32,000 bases of DNA from Candidatus Saccharimonadota bacterium (lineage in GTDB: Bacteria > Patescibacteriota > Gracilibacteria > BD1-5 > UBA6164), in NCBI GenBank assembly GCA_965227835.1, contig OZ245768.1, positions 30,001 through 62,000 on the forward strand, written 5' to 3'. Shown piece after piece: positions 31,182-32,000 of this stretch. Within the stretch, counting starts at the first letter, position 1; the number at the start of each line of letters is the position of its first letter. The notes under the pieces were generated by a model. That model saw only the letters and a list, made by a program, of their open reading frames with translations, did not search any database and was not told the DNA's origin. Both the position numbers and the translations under genes were made by a program.

Positions 31182-32000
31182 AATATTTTTTATATCATAA
31201 TAATTTTAGAAATTGAATTGTATTAGATAATATAAGATTTTTTATATATCTATATTTTATAGTTTTGTTTAATTTCTTTAAATAGTTTAAATTCTCAACT
31301 GTGAGTTCATTTCAAAACTCTTTAATTAAAAATGGTATAAGTTTTTTTTGTTCCTTAAATATTCTTTTTATGTTATTACTAGCATTATTCTTATGTTTTC
31401 TAATTTTCATTAATGAATCTTTAATATAATAAACATTAAAATTTTTAGCAATAATATATGAAATATATGTATCAGTTATTGTTCAAAAATCCTTAAATCA
31501 TCCATGATCTTTCAATTTATTAGTTTTTATTACGGATATAAAAAATGTATATGAAAAATTAAGTGAATTTTTAACTCTGTAGTTAAGAAATTGATTTCAA
31601 TGTTTGTGAAATCATGGTTTCATATCTGTAGTTAATTCAGAAATTATATTTCAAAAACTATTTATATTTTCAATATCAAAATATATGCAATCTATTTTTG
31701 GTTTCTTGTTAATTTTTTCATAACATTTATCGATAAAATCTTTTTTTACTATATCATCGTCTCACATGGGGATGAACCATTTTGTTTTACACTTATTTAA
31801 CAAAAAATTCCATCAATTAAACATTCATAAATTTTTTTCTTGCTTAAATATTTTTATATTACTATACTTTTCATATTTTTTATAATTTATACTGATTGTG
31901 GATCAATCATCAGAGATTAATATTTCCCAGTTATTATTGGATTGATTTATTATTGATTCTAAACATTTATGAAAAAAAGATTCTCTTAGTTTTGAATCAA
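31138..32000 (-). CDS. Glycosyltransferase family 2-like (5' end outside window)
   Basis: ...FHKCLESIINQSNNNWEILISDDGSTISINYKKYEKYSNIKIFKQEKNLGMFNGWNFLL...PMGDDDIV... The frame was checked line by line to TAA 31140..31138. It overlaps the GT4 ATG region by 44 nt. Confidence 0.75.

Overview
AT-rich bacterial window whose genes only make sense if TGA is read as glycine (NCBI table 25: Absconditabacteria/SR1 or Gracilibacteria, Patescibacteria/CPR). This shreds the supplied standard-code ORF track, so I retranslated by hand with TGA=Gly and checked frames by coordinate arithmetic. That gives about 30 tightly packed genes. On the + strand: a 1370-aa protein with 15 tandem 36-39-aa repeats, groES-groEL, an anchored MsrB, a long type IV pilin-like protein, a GT4 glycosyltransferase, four tandem TrbC/VirB2-like pilin paralogs, an HExxH protein, a 707-aa secreted coiled-coil protein, a DsbA-like protein, a DnaQ-like exonuclease and a zinc-ribbon protein. 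On the - strand: a ThDP-dependent enzyme (partial), a cNMP-binding protein, murA, nrdA-nrdB, recR and a three-gene glycosyltransferase operon. The main anomaly is 20538..21638. It is the only long TGA-free frame, has GGN-only glycines and a strong Shine-Dalgarno that host-type genes lack, and ends in TGA just before a strong GC-rich terminator. It is built like a standard-code gene inside a recoded genome, and I recognise no family for it. Next to it, a TGA=Gly-using IS200-type element (frameshifted tnpA) appears to split a small membrane-protein gene that has a consensus promoter and Shine-Dalgarno. Two families of GC-rich hairpin repeats lie 3' of operons. No rRNA, tRNA or CRISPR array was recognised.
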